DNA of 63,286 nt, counting the filler, from Raja brachyura (lineage: Eukaryota): the NCBI GenBank assembly GCA_963514005.1. It is 6 parts of 5 records of this genome, joined end to end, with 100 filler letters (N's around TTAATTAATTAA, not from the genome) between each part and the next. Parts side by side here need not be neighbours in the genome. Positions count along the whole stretch, not along the records: positions 1 to 28,444 come from CAUPSL010001127.1; 5 more parts are not named here. One strand, 5' to 3'. This document shows, in pieces, positions 10,549 through 25,205 of the stretch. Positions within the stretch are counted from its first letter, which is position 1; every line of letters begins with the position of its first letter. The translations under genes and the position numbers were made by a program. The notes below the pieces were generated by a model, which was not told the origin of the DNA, made no database searches, and saw nothing but the letters and a program-made list of their open reading frames with translations.

Positions 10549-13500
10549 GTCTTCTACAAAAACGAAAGTTACCTCTAATTCAAGTAAACTTATAAATTAT
10601 TTTATTAATACATCGAATGTTAAGGATATTTGGAGATTAGATAATCCATCCGGACGAGAATACTCGTTTTTTTCGCCCGTACACGGAACTTATTCTAAGA
10701 TAGATTATTTTTTAATAGATTCAAAATTACTACCTTTTACGTATGACGCAATATATCACAATATTATTATTTCAGATCACGCGCCTCTTACATTTAAGAT
10801 AAAACTCAAAGATATACTTAATAAAACGACTACTTGGAGATTTAATCCCCAGATATTAAAGGATAAGGACTGTTGTAAACATGTGACGGAACAGATTAAA
10901 TTATTTTTTGAAACTAATGACAAACCGGAGACTTCACCATCGTTACTCTGGGACACATTTAAAGCATTTATGCGTGGTGCAATAATATCAGCACAGGCTT
11001 ATCTTAATAAAGAAAATAGAAAGATGGAACAAAAGTTAGAACACGAGATAAAACAACTAGATAGTGAAAATATAAAACGCCCTTCTAAAGAGCTAAGTAA
11101 CAAAATTGCAATAGCAAAATATAGACTAAATAAAATATATTCTAACCAAGTCATTAAACTATTTCAACAAACCAAACAAGTGCATTTCGAGTTTGGAGAC
11201 AAACCACAAAAACTATTAGCAAGACAACTTAGAAAATTAGAGGATGAAAAATTGATACATAGAATTAGATCGGTGGATGGAAATATATTGACGATACCAA
11301 AAGATATTAATGACAGATTTCTACAATATTATCAAAATCTTTATTCATCTAAATTAACAGGACAAACAGTGGATATGGAAACATTTCTACAAAAGTGTCA
11401 AATTAACAGTTTAGATCAGGAAGGTAGACATTTGTTAAATGCCGAAATAACAGTAAAAGATATTGAAGAATCAATTAGTTCGTTAAAGAATGGAAAAGCA
11501 GCGGGCCCCGATGGCCTAAGTGCAGAATTTTATAAAAAATTTCTAGATCTGATTTCCCCAAGATTATATACAGTATATAGATATGCATATGAACAAGGTA
11601 AATTATCAGAATCTTTAAACGAATCTACAATTACACTTATTCCTAAGGCAGATAAGGATTTTGAAGATCCAGGATCATTTGGAGCGATCGCACTTCTAAA
11701 TACAGACCAAAAAATACTAACGAAAGTTTTATCTCGGAGATTAAGTTTGGTGATTTCTAAATTAATACATCAAGATCAAACAGGTTTTATTCCAAAACGC
11801 TACTCATCCCATAATCTCAGACGCTTGTTTAATATTATATATTCAAAAAGAGTACGGGACAGGGAATTAGCAGTTGTATCGCTAGATGCAGAAAAGGCAT
11901 TCGATCAGGTGGAATGGTTATATTTATTTAATATAATGGAAAAGTTTCAATTGGGGGATAGATTCTGTAAATGGATAAGAATTTTATATTTGAATCCAAC
12001 GGCAAGAATCTTAACTAATCAAATATTATCAGCTAAATTTAAGCTCTCTAGGGGTTGTAGACAGGGTTGTTCGTTATCGCCTTTACTATTTGCTTTGATG
12101 ATAGAGCCTTTTGCGGAAAGAATCAGATCAGAACCTGAAATCTATGGCTATAATACTGACACAACAACTAACAAAATATCTTTATATGCAGATGATGTTT
12201 TGATTTATATTACAAAACTGGAAATTAGTATACCTAAGTTATTTAATGTTATAACTATCTTTGGCACATTTTCAGGATTTAGGATTAACTGGAATAAAAG
12301 TGAAATTATGCCTATAACAGGAATTAACTTAAATATATTACAACAATATCCGTTAAAAATAGTTAAAGACAAATTTAAATATTTAGGAATTAATGTAACT
12401 AAATCTTATAATTCACTAATTAAATCTAATTACCCTCTATTATTAGATAAACTTAAAAAACATATTTTGTACTGGAAAACACTTCCTATATCCATGATTG
12501 GTAGAATAAATGCTATAAAGATGGTGTTTTTACCACAATTATTATATTTGTTCCAGGCTATTCCTTTTTTTCTCCCAAAGACCTTTTTTTTAAAAAAATA
12601 GATAATATTATTTATAGTTTTATTTGGGATTATAAAAATCATAGAATAAGTAAAAAACATTTATGTAAATCTAAGATAAATGGAGGATTAGCACTTCCAA
12701 ATTGTTTATATTATTTTTGGGCAGTCCAGATTAAGAATATGAATTTTTGGTGGGTAAATATGGATTATGAACCAATGTGGTTAAAGATGGAAAAGGAAGA
12801 TTGTTTACCCTATAATGTAGGCTCGGTTCTCTTTGCCCCAAAGGAAGTACAAAAAAAAATTATAGGGATAACCCTATAATTTATAATAATAGACGTATTT
12901 GGAAACAAATAGTTAAGACTTTACAGCTAGATAATCTTTCACTTAGACTACCAATAATGAATAACCCATTATTTAAGCCCTCTATATTGGACGGAGGGTT
13001 TAGACATTGGGATGATTTAGGAATTAAATGGATAGAGCACCTTTATAGAAAAGGAAAATTCCTTTTATTCCAAGAGTTACAAGATATTTACGGATTGTCT
13101 CCGCAACACTTGTTTAGGTACTTACAAATTAGAGATTATATAAAATCAAACACACTAGATTATAAAAATAAAGTACCAGGATTATTAGATGATTTGTTTA
13201 ATTTACACCCAAATACAGAAAAATTAATAGCCCATATATATAACATAATTTTGGATAAGGAGAATCCAACAACGGAAACATATCGGCAAGCATGGGAAAA
13301 GGAAATTGGTTTATCCATAACAAAAGAAAATTGGGAAGAAAGTTTACAGCAAATACATCGGTGTTCGTTAAATGCCAGACATACATTGATACAATTCAAA
13401 GTATTATACAGATTACACTATTCAAAAACTAAATTAAATAGTATCTTTCACAATCTCTCTTCAATTTGTGATAAATGTAAGAACTTAGAAGCAAATTTAA

Positions 13501-14290
13501 CACACAGTTTTGCTACATGTCCCAAACTGAATTACTACTGGACAGAAATTTTTAAGGTTATTTCTGAGGTTCTAAAAATTAGATTGGATCCAGACCCAAA
13601 GTTAATAATACTTGGGATTTTGGATTCAAATTCGGTACTTACAGGAAATCAAAGAAATTTCTTTGATTACTGTTTGATAATAGGGAAAAAAATTATATTG
13701 AAATTTTGGAAGGGAACATTATCCCCCACAATTAAAATGTGGGCAGCAGAGATGTTGGAGACGTTACAATTAGAAAGAATCAGATTTGTCCTATTGGACA
13801 AATATAATATCTTCGAACAAATATGGTCTCCATATATACAGTATCTAGAGAAGTAGCTGTTCTTGACGTCACAGCCTGACGGGTACCCAGCGGGATTTGA
13901 TGAGAATAATTGATTCTTATACTAGGATTAATAGGCATGTCTTCATTGATATTATTATTGTAATAGTTTTAGATACAATATATTTTGTTGATTTTCATTG
14001 ATATATATATATATATATATATTATATTTTTTCACTTTTTGTTAATCTATAATCTTTTTTCCTTGCTCTATTTTCTTTTTCTTTTCTATATAATCAAATT
14101 ATTATTTAATCACTTTCTTATTGATTTAAAACTATTCTATTCTTTTCTTCATTTCCAAAAAAATAGAAGTGATAACTGTCAATGGGTTATTTAAAAAATG
14201 TGTAATTAAGTTGAGGTTTGTAAAGCTGTTTACATTATTGTAAATAGATTACTTCTAATAAAATAAAGTAAAAAAAAAAAAAAAAAAAAA
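10549..14290 (+). mobile_element. L1-clade LINE ORF2, 5'-truncated, with poly(A) tail and target-site duplication
   Basis: ORFs 10541-12601 and 12957-13856 contain YSKIDYF, SDH, GPDG, LDAEKAFD, RQGCSLSP, YADD and a C-terminal CxxC...H...C, with frameshifts in homopolymers. AATAAA then poly(A) 14270-14291; TSD agaaattggcaag (10536-10548) / agaaatttgtaag (14291-14303). Confidence 0.93.
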
Positions 14291-14607
14291 AGAAATTTGT
14301 AAGTATGCTGTTGTTGGATTTACAGAGACATGGCTACAAGAGGGCCAGGGCTGGGAACTGAATATTCATGCGTATGCCTCCTATCCAGAAGGCAGACAGG
14401 TGGGCGGAGGGCGTGTGGTAGATCTCTTGGTGAGGAATGAAATTTAGTCCCTGGCAAGGGGTGACATTGAAACAGGAGATGTGGAGCCAGTATGAAACTA
14501 GAATTGTAAGGGTTAAAATACCCTGGTGGGACTTATCTACACGCCCCCCCCCCCCACCCCTCCAAAGGGTAGCCTGGGCATAGGGTGCAAGTTGAATCAG
14601 CAGTTAA

Positions 14608-17600
14608 GACATCTCCTAGTGGCAGGATGCTGTAAGGTTGCGAATTTGTTTGCTCCCTTAAATTTTACTTCCATTTACCACTATGTCAATGTTACTTGTG
14701 ACTATTTGAATCTAAGACACGGTCTAACTTTTCGCAAAATGTTGGCAACAGATTTACACGCCTTAATTGTCTGAAGAATGGAGACAAGAAGAAAGGGAGG
14801 CTCCCCAAGGAAAGAACAGGGGAAAGCCACAACGACAGTTGCAGGTTCTCACTCCAATATCATAGAAGAAATATCGAAAATGAACGATGAATTGAAAAAT
14901 GAGCAGAAATATGAAATTAAGACAAGATTTGGCAGTTTCGAAGAAATGGTGAAAGCAGTTTCGACCAAACTGAAGGAAGTCCAAGCAGAACTGTCTTTGT
15001 TACAAGATGAACTTCGTGAACAGAAGCCGTCGTTTCAATTTACGAATTGTTCGTTTGCCGGAAGGTCAAGAAGGAGATAACGCTATAAAATATACTCAGG
15101 AAACTCATGTATGGCAAGATGACAATTTACGATTTTTAAAAAGTTTTCGAGAGGACAGCAGTTTCATTCAAATTCACAGACTAAGGTCTCTTATTGACCC
15201 CTCAATTCCGTTTGTTCACAATGAAACCATTTCTCATCCATATGGCAGATTTTTGGTGATTACTGGTGTTCTTTACATGCAAAAAGTTGGTATGGTGAAT
15301 GTCTACGCACCAAATATTGATCACCATGAGTTTTTTAAACAGTTAATTGCATCATTTCCTAATTAAATGAACACCTTTAAAAATGAGAGCAGATTTCAAC
15401 TGTTGCCTGAACCCCTCGATTGGCAGGTCTACACCTGATTATGTACTTCCAAATAAATCAGCTAATGTTATTAATTCTTTTTTACTTGACTCTGGAATGT
15501 TAGAAGTTTGGTTATTTGTACACCCAAATGACAACAGATTTTCGTTTATCTCTCATATATATCACAGTTATTCTAGAATTGATTATTTTATACCAGATTC
15601 TCGGCTAGTTCCATCGGTCACTGCTTGTGAGTATGACGCAATCGCTACTTCTGATCACGCATCTTTCAAACTAACAATCAATCTACCTGATTCCAAGTTC
15701 AGTGATAAACAATGGCGATTTAACGCTACTTTGCATCAAGACTTAAATTGTATTAAATTTATGAATGATCAGATTGATTTTTACTTTTCGACAAACTCTG
15801 CTGAAGAAATATCCAATGGTGTAGTCTGGGATGCTTTTAAGGCATATATTCGTGGACAAATTATTACATACTCCGCGGGATTAAAAAATCAACATCAAAA
15901 ATAAATAGGTATATTGCCTGACGAGATTGATTAAATTGATAAAAAATATTCAAAAGCTAGATTAGAGCTCTACAAGAATAGAGGTGAACCTCAATTGAGA
16001 CATGATTTGTTATTAATATCACCGATTAAGAACCAGTTTCTTAAAACCAAAAGTCAATTTACATGGCGAAAGATCTGGTAAATTACTCGCTAATCAATTG
16101 AAAGCGGTGTCGGCCAAGCGTCAGATTGCTAAAGTGAGAAAAGGGGATGATATAGTAACTGTAGACCATGACGAAATTAATAAATAATTTCAGTAATATC
16201 TCCCTATACAAATCAGATTTTCCTACTGATTCCAATATAATGCATGAGTTTTTAAAGAAACGGAACGTACCAAATTTACCATATAATGAGTCTCTGTTGT
16301 AAGATGAACCAATCAGGGAAGAAGAAATACAGAAAGGAATATTTTCAATGAATGCTGGTAAACCTCCCAGTTTAGATGGGTTAACAGTAGAATTTTTAAA
16401 GTATTTTTCAAAGTTATTTTCTCCATGACTACGCAAGGTATTTAAATAAGCCTTTTTTTAGGAATAGACTACCACGATCTTTTTATGAAGCTTCTATTTC
16501 TTTAATTCTAAAAAAAGATAAAGACCCTACTGAAGTGTCATCATATAAACATATATCAATGTTTAATGTTGATTACAAAATTATTTCCAAAATATCAGCA
16601 ATGAGATTGGATGATATTTTACCGCAAATCATCTCTGAAGATCAGACAGCTTTTATTAAAACTCGTTATTGTATATACAGCGTCTAATAAAACCCCAGAA
16701 TGTGTCATCTCACTCGATGCTTGGAAAGCGTTTGATAGAGTAAAATGGGATTACTTATTGAACACAATTGAAAAAATTAAGATTTGTCCAAAATGTATTT
16801 CTTGGTTCAAGTTGATATATCATATACTTCAGGCTTCTGTATTTACTAATAATCAGAGATCCACTTTTTTCAGGTTCTTTCGAGGTACCAGACAGCGCTG
16901 TTCCTTAAGTCCTTTACAATTTGATATTGCGTTGGAAACTTTAGCCACCGCTATTCGGGAATCCCCTAATATTTTTTGTATTGTCCGCGGGAATAAGACA
17001 CATAAGCTATCAATTTACGCAGATGATCTGCTATTCTTTATTTCTAACCCTGATAAATCTATTCCGGCATTACTTAATCAATTTAGTATTTTTTTCTGGT
17101 TATAAACTAAATCTTAGTAAGAGTGAGTTTTTCCATTAAATAATATTGCTTTGAATTATGGTCAGTTTCCATTTAGATTTAGTTTTACTTATTTATGTAT
17201 CAAGATCACCAAGAAACACAAGGATATATTTAATCCCAATGTTATGCCTTTAATTGACCATATTAAACATCAGTTTACTAAATGGTCACCAATGTCCTTA
17301 TCCCTAATTGGCCGAATCAATGCTATTAAAATGTTAATTTTACCCACATTTCTGTATTTATTTCATACCGATTTTTATTCCCAAATCTTGCTTTGACATT
17401 ATTGACTCCAAAATGTCTTCATATATATGCCAGAATATAAATCCGAGACTAAGAAAAAAAACATTTACAGAATTTTTTTAAAATGGTGTTTTGGCATTGC
17501 CGAACCTTAGATTTTACTATTGGGCTGTCAATGTTCGTTATTTACCATTTTGGACGAAAGATTTATAAGATACCCAATGCCCAGGATGGATAAAACTTGA

Positions 17601-19120
17601 ACGTGATTCCTTGCGAGGGCTATCATTGGCCTCTATTCTACGGTTCTTGTTACCTTTCACAATTACGAGATTGAATTAATATACGACTAACCATATAATA
17701 AGCCATACGTTCCGAATATGGTTTCAATTTCTTAAGTTTTTTGGACTAAATGATTTTATCGAGTCCTATTTTATCAAATGTTCTCTTCCAACCACCTAGT
17801 ACTGATCAAGTATTTTTGTTATGGAAGTGGAAAGGATTAGTAGCTTTTTGTGATTTATTTTGGAGGGATGTTTTATGTCTTTCGAACAACTCTCCAATAA
17901 ATATAACTTACCTAATTCACACTTTTTTAGATATTTACAAATTAGACACTTTTTGAAGGGGATTCTACCCCTTTTTCCGCTACCACATCAAACCGAACAT
18001 TTTGAATTTTTTTACAGCTGAACCCGTATAAGAAAGGGTTAATAACGATTATTTATGAGTTGATATTGAAATTACAAATAGCTATATTTGATTAAATTAA
18101 GAATGACTGGGAAAGAGAACTCCAAACTTCTTTATCTACAGAGAAATGGGAGAGGATTCTTCAATTAGTCAATACCTCTTCAATGTGTGCAAGCCACGCT
18201 TTGATACAATTCAAGGTGGTTCACAGAGCTCATATGTCAAAAGATCAGTTGGCTCGTGTTTATGGCCATATAAACCCTACCTGTGTCAGAGGTAACTCTG
18301 AAGTGGCCTCACTGACCCATATGTTTTGGTTCTGCCCACTTTTGGAAAAATATTGGAAAGATATTGTTGATATTATTTCTGTAGTCTTAGGTATTGATTT
18401 ACAATCTCATCCTATTAAACAAATGTTCGGGCTGCCAATGTTAGATTCTATTTTATTTAATTGGAAAGACTCCAACCCTCCGACCACACTCCAGTGGTAT
18501 TCTGAAAGGATATCATGTTTAAATTTAGAAAAAAATGAGTGACATTGTTGAAATCTTGATTCAATTTAATAAGACTTGGGAAAATGTATTGAACATTTTT
18601 ATTCAATAAAAAATTCTCCATCCTTAACCGTTATAAACAACATTTGACCACTTTATTGTGGAACGGACTTGACGACATACAGTCGTAAATTGATGAAACT
18701 TTTAGTTCAGATTCTGTTTTGCTTTGTTTAGTTTTGATTTATTTATTTTATTTTTAGTCTTATTTGATTATTATTAATGTTTTTATTTGTTTTATTTTTT
18801 TATTAATGGGGGTTTTGATTTTTGCTTTTTTCCTTTTCTTTTTGACATTTTCTTTTTGTGTTTTTTATACATTTATAGGTTTTCTTTTAAATATTTAACT
18901 ATATTTACATAGAGACCGGGAGGTCAATATTCAATGTGTATTTTGACATTGGCCTCATATCAGGTTATACCTGTTATTAATGTAATCCTGATCCCTATGT
19001 AACAATGTCATTGTTATGTTTATCCTTTTTTTGCTATGTTTTGTAAAATGTTTTATTTTTGTTTTATTTGGAAAAAAACACTACAAAAGATTTTAAAAGA
19101 AATAAATTACAGTTCAAATT
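14608..19120 (+). mobile_element. Second, older L1-clade LINE with ORF1 and ORF2 remnants
   Basis: ORF1 motif NRSRRFNLRIVRLPEG (about 15020); ORF2 fragments NVYAPN, YSRIDYF, SDH, YADD; T-rich 3' UTR. The CR1 host resumes at about 19121 with cagttaa duplicated. Confidence 0.88.
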
Positions 19121-21630
19121 ACAGGTACAGTTAAAATTGGCATGTAGCAAATGTTATGCTGTGCTTGTTATGGATGATTTCAACATGCAGGTAGACTGGG
19201 AAAATCAGTTCGGTACTGGACCCCAAGAAAGGGACTTTGTAGAGTGCCTTTGTGATGGATTCTTAGATCAGCTTATATTGGAGCTTATCAGGGAGAAGGA
19301 AATTCTGGGTTTAGTGTTTGGTAATGAACCGGATTTGATAAAGGCACTTGAGGTTAATGAGCCATTATTGGGCAGTGACCATAATATGGTCAGGTTTAAT
19401 CTACAATTGAGGAGGGAGAAGGGTAGATCCGTGGTGTCAGTGTTACAGTTGAATAAAGGGGACAATTGGACCATGAGGGAGAAGAAGGCCAAAGTTGACT
19501 GGAAATATACCCTAGCAGGGATGACAGTGGAACAACAATGGCACGTATTTCTAAGAATATTACAGAAGGTGCAGGATCAGTTCTTGGAGGAAGAAAGATT
19601 CCAAGGGGAGTAAGGGACGACCGTGGCTGACAAGGGACACCAGGGACAGTATAAAAATAAAAGAGAAGAAGTACAACGCAGCAAAGATGAACTGGAATCA
19701 AGAGGATTGTGTAATGTTTAAGGTGCAACAGAAAATAACTAAAAATATAATACGGGGAGAAAAGATGTGTTACGAAGGTAAGCTAGCCAAGAATATAAAG
19801 GAGGATAGTAGAAGCTTCTTTAGGTATGTGATGAGGAAAAAATAGCTGAGGCCAAAGTTGAACCCTTGAAGACAGAAAAAGGTGAATTTATTATGGGGAA
19901 CAAGGAAAAGGCACATGAGTTGATCATGTACTTTGGATTCGTCTTCACTAACGAGGACACAGACAATCTTCTGATAAGGTAGTGGCCAGAGGATCTGGGG
20001 TGACGGGGGAACTGAAGTAAATCCACATTAGGCAAGGATATTGTGTTGGGTAGACCGATGGGACTGAAGGCTGATAAGCCGCACGGTCTGATGGTCTGCA
20101 ACCCAGAGTACTCAAGGAAGTGGCTCGAGAAATCGTGGATGCATTGGTGATAAATTCCCATTGTTCTATTAACCCAGGATCAGTGCCTGGTGATTGGAGG
20201 GTAGCTAATGTTATCCCACTTTTTAACAAAGGCGGGAGAGAGATGGAATTATAGACCAGTTAGCCTGACATCGGTGGTGGGGAAGATGCTGGAGTCAATT
20301 ATAAAAGATGACATAACCCCACATATGAATAGCAGTAACATAATCGGTCCGAGTCAGCATGGATTTACGAAGGGGAAATCATGCTTGACTAATCATCTGC
20401 AAATTTTTCAGGATGTAACTGGGAAAATTGACAAGGCAACGTCAGTGGATGTAGTGTATCTGAACCTCCAAAAAGCATTTGATAAGGTCCCACATAGGAG
20501 ATTGTTGGGCTCAATTAGGGCGCGTGGTATTGAGGGGAGAGTGTTGACACGGATAGTTAATTGGTTGTTTGACACGAAACAACGGGTTGGGATTAACGGG
20601 TCCCTTTTAGAATGGCAGACAGTGACTAGTGGGGTACCGCAATGATCGATGCTGAGACCGCAGCTATTTACAATATACATCAATTATTTGGATGAAGGGA
20701 TTCAAAGTTGCACTAGCAAATTTGCAGATGACACAAAGCTGGGTGGCAGTGTGGTCTGTGAGGAGGATGCTATGAGAATGCAGGGTGACTTGGACAGGTT
20801 GGGCGAGTGGGCAGATGCATGACAGATGTAGTTTAATGTGGGTAATGTGAGGTTATCAACTTTGGTATCAAAAACAGAAAGGCAGATAATTATCTTAATG
20901 GCGTCAAGTTGGGAAAACGACAGGATCTGCGGGTCCTTGTTCGTCAGTCTATGAAAGTAGCATGGAGGTACAGCTGGCAGGGCATAAAGCGAATGGCATG
21001 TTTGCCTTTCTAACAAGCGGTGTCGAGTATAGGAGCAAAGAGGTCCTTCTGCAGAGCCCTAGTTAGATCAAACCTGGAGTATTGTGAGCAGTCCTGTTCC
21101 CCTAATTTGAGGAAGGACATTCTTGCTGTTGAGGGAGTGGAACGTAGGTTTACAAGTTTAAATCTCGGTATGGCGGGGCTGTCATATGCTGAGAGAATGG
21201 AGCGACTGGGCTTGTACACTCTGGAGTTCAGAAGGATGAGAGGGAATCTTATTGAAACATATAAGATTGTAAACGGTTTGAACACGCTAGAAGCAGGAAA
21301 CATGTTCCCGGTGTTAAGGGAGACCAGAACCAGGGGCCACATTTTAAGAATAAGGAGTAAGCCATTTAGAACGGAGACGAGGAAACATCTTTTCTCACAG
21401 AGAGTGGTGAGTCTGTGGAATTCTCTGACTCAGAGGGCGGTGGGGGCGGATTCTCTGGATACTTTCAAGAGAGGACGAGAGAGGACCTTTAAAGATAGCG
21501 GAGTCAGGGGATTTGGGGAGAAGGCAGGAGTACGGGGTACTGTTTGGGGATGATCAGCCATGATTACATTGAACGGCGGTGTTGGCTGGAAGGTCCGAAT
21601 AGCCTTCTTCTGCACATATTGTCTATTGTC
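19121..21630 (+). mobile_element. Degenerate CR1 LINE ORF2 with 3' end
   Basis: ORF fragments 19059-19613, 20208-20645 and 21020-21553 are collinear with the intact CR1 at 5693-8302. Confidence 0.9.
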
Positions 21631-23149
21631 TATTTTCTATTGCTGACTCGAAGGGCCATATACCCTCCTCCTGCACATATTTTCTATGTGTCGATGTTTC
21701 TATTTAAAATCTGTACCCCGTTCCTGCTTTATCCCCAAATCCCGTGTTTACTTTAGCCCTTAGAGCTAAATCTAACTCTCTCGTGGAATTATCCAGTGAA
21801 TTGTCCTCCACTGCCTTCTGTGGTAGAGCAATCCGCAGATTCACAACTCTCTGGGTGAAACAGATATTCCTCATCTCAGTCCAAAATGTTTCAAGAGAGA
21901 TTTAGATTTAGCTATTGGGGCTAGTGGAATCAAGGGATATGGGGAAAACACAGGAACGTTGTATTGATATTAGATGATCAGCCAAAATCACATTTAATGG
22001 CGCTGCTCGCTCGAAAGACCAAATGGCATAATCCTGCTTCGAATGTTCTGTTTCTATGTTTCTAAATGGCCTACCACTTATTCGTAAATTACGACTCTCT
22101 CAATATCCGGCTCTTGTGGGAATGCAGCATAGGTTCGCAAGGTTAATTCCCGGGATGGGAGTCTGTCATATGGTGAGAGAGTGGGGCGGCTGGGATTGTA
22201 TACTTCTGGAGTTTAGAGGGATGAGAGGGATCTTATTGAAACTTATAAGATTATTAATGGTTTGGACGCGTAAGAGGCACGAACCATGTTCCCGAAGTTG
22301 GGAGAGTTCAGAACCAGGGCCACAGTTTAAGTCTAAGGTGAATTTGAGTATTACATGGAAAATAGTAGATGTTTGTTCAAAAGTGTGTAAATGATGTCCA
22401 CAGGGATGTAATCTTGTTGCCTGTTTTGCCCTGTGTTTGCTTCATACATATGCCAGATATTTGTTTGTTTCGTTGACAACCGCTGGGCGGCTGCACAAGG
22501 AGTAATCGCTTGGACCGTCGCATTAACATGCATTTTGCGGAGATCGCGGATATAGAAAATGTGTATTACCCGATTGTGGCAGCAATCAGTGTACCTGGTA
22601 GGTAATTGTCGGTACAGCTCATGGGACTAATAAATACCCATTCGTCTGCCTTCAGAGCCTACCTTTGCCCTTCGCATACGTTCCTTATTAGACTAAATTA
22701 AAGGTCTCTGGCCTGCGTTATATACGTATATTATTGTATAAATCCCAAATGGATGGTGTTCTCTTTGACTGAGCAGTTGTTCACCCCGGTGACACCATTC
22801 TACCTGATTTTATTGTTTAACGCGCTCACCATCAGGCGCATATTCGTGGCCAGTCGAGCCCGCAGGAACCTCCGAGACCTCAGCGGTGGTGAGAAATAGA
22901 AAGACCGGAGATGGTGAACCGCAGACGGTCGGTCGTTTCACTTCTGGCTATCTCGAGCTGTTTCATCCTGCTCTGGGCCACAAGTGTCGCACATTTTATT
23001 GCGTTTCGAAGTTCGAAATTGATCATGCGCATGGCCTAGACAAACCATTTAGAACGATTGGAAAGAGGTGGATTTATGCTTCAGCTGCTGAGCTCCTGCA
23101 CCAACACGGCCATTTACACCGTGACACAGAGCAAGTTGAGAGATGAGTT

Positions 23150-25205
23150 GTTCCGTGAGATGACGTATCCATTCCGTTGCACTGGAAATATTTGGAAAAT
23201 ATAAAAGTGGATGAGACTCCAGGGCCTGACAGGATATTCCCGAGGACATTGGGGGAAGTTCGTGTAGAAAAAGCAGGGGCTATGACAGAAATATTTCAAA
23301 TTACATTAGAATCGGGAATAGTGCGGGAGGATAGGCGTACTGCGCATGTTGTTCCATTGTTTAAAACGGGTTCAAAGAATACACCTAGCAATTACAGACC
23401 TGTTAGTTTGACGTCAGTGGTGGGCAAATTAATGGGAAGGATACTTAGAAATAATATATATAAGGTTTTTGATAAACAGGGTCTGATCAGGAACAGTCAA
23501 CGTGGATTTGTGCCTGGAAGGTCAGGTTTGACAAACCTTCTTGAATTTTTTGAAGAGGTTACTAGCGAAATTGATGAGGGTAAAGCAGTGGATGTTGTCT
23601 ATAAGGATTTCTGTAAGGCCTTTGACAAGGTTCCCCATGAAAGGTTGGTTAAGAAGGTTCAATCTTTGGGTGTTAATGCCGGAGTATTCTTTGGAGCGCA
23701 GAAGGTTAAGGGGGGACTTGATTGAGGTCTTTAAAATGATGAAAGGGATAGACAGAGTTGACGTGGATAAGCTTTTCCCATTGAGGGTAGGAAAGATTCA
23801 AACAAGAGGGCATGACATGAGAATTAAGGGACAGAAGTTTAAGGGTAACATGAGGGGGAACTTCTTTACTCAGAGAGTGGTGGCTGTGTGGAATGATCTT
23901 CCTGCAGAAGTGGTGGAGGCAGGATTGATTTAAACATTTAAAAGTAAAGTGGATTGGTATATAGACGGGAAGGGAATGGAGGGGTATGGTCTGAGTGCAG
24001 GTAGATGGGACTAGGGGAAAATAAATGGTCGGCACGGACAAGGAGGGCCGAGAAGGCCTGTTTCCGTGCTGTAATGGTTATATGGTTATATGGTTGTAGC
24101 AAGATGGATTCAACAGTGGCTGAATGTGAGATGCCAGAGAGTAATGGTGGATGGCTGTTTGTCACGTTGGAAGCCGTGACCAGTGGGGGGCCTCAGGGAC
24201 CTGTGTTTGGTACACTGTTGTTTGTCATGTACATCAATGATCTGGATGATGGGGTGGAGAATTGGATAAGTAAGTATGCAGATGATACTAAGATAGGTGG
24301 TGTTGTGGATAATGAAGTAGATTTTCAAAGTCTACAGAGAGATGTGGGCCATTTGGAAGAGTGCGCTGAAAGATGGCAGATTGAGTTTAATGCTGATATG
24401 TGTGAGGTGCTAAATTTTGGCAGGACAAATCAAAATAGGATGTACATGGTAAATGGTAGGGAATTGAGGAATGCTGTGGAACAGAGGTATCTGGGGATAA
24501 CTGTGCATAGTTCCCTGAAGGTGCAATTGCATGTAGTTAGAGTGGTAACAAAAGCTTTTGGTGTGCTGGCCTTTATAAATCAGAGCATTGAATATAGTAG
24601 GGAAGTAATGTTAAAATTGTACAAGGCATTGGTGAGACCAATGCTGGAGTATGGTGCACAATGTTGGTCGCCTAATTATAGGCAGGAATGCAACAAAATA
24701 AAGCGAGTACAGAGGAGATTCACTGGAATGTTGCTTGGGTTCCAGCAACTAAGTTACAGAGAAAGGTTGAACAAGTTAGGTCTTTATTCTTTGGAGCGCA
24801 GAAGGTTAAGTGGGGGCTTGATTGGGGGCTTTAAAATGATTAAAGGGATAGGCAGAGTTGACGTGGATAAGCTTTTCCCATTGAGGGTAGGAAAGATTCA
24901 AACAAGAGGGCATGATATGAGAATTAAGGGACAGAAGTTTAGGGGTAACATGAGGGGGAACTTCTTTACCTGGAGATTGGTGGTTGTGTGGAATAAGCTT
25001 CCAGCAGAAGTGGTGGAGGCAGGAACGAGTTTAACATTTTAAAGTAAAGTGGATAGGTATATGGACGGGAAGGGAATGGAGGGGTATGGTCTGAGTGCAG
25101 GTAGATGGGACTAGGGTAAAATAAATGTTACGCACGGACTGGAAGGGCCAAGAGGGCCTGTTTCCGTGCTGTGATTGTTATATGATTATATAGTTATATG
25201 GTTAT
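23150..25205 (+). mobile_element. CR1 LINE (distinct subfamily, TTATATGG tail) with a nested copy of its own 3' end
   Basis: RT ORFs 23177-23725 and 24005-25042; segment 23686-24095 closely duplicates 24786-25205. Confidence 0.88.

Noticed and set aside
5693-13856. Long RT ORFs as host genes or a novel RT system
   Set aside because: They are standard CR1 and L1 ORF2 sequences with 5' truncation, tails, a TSD and disabling mutations.
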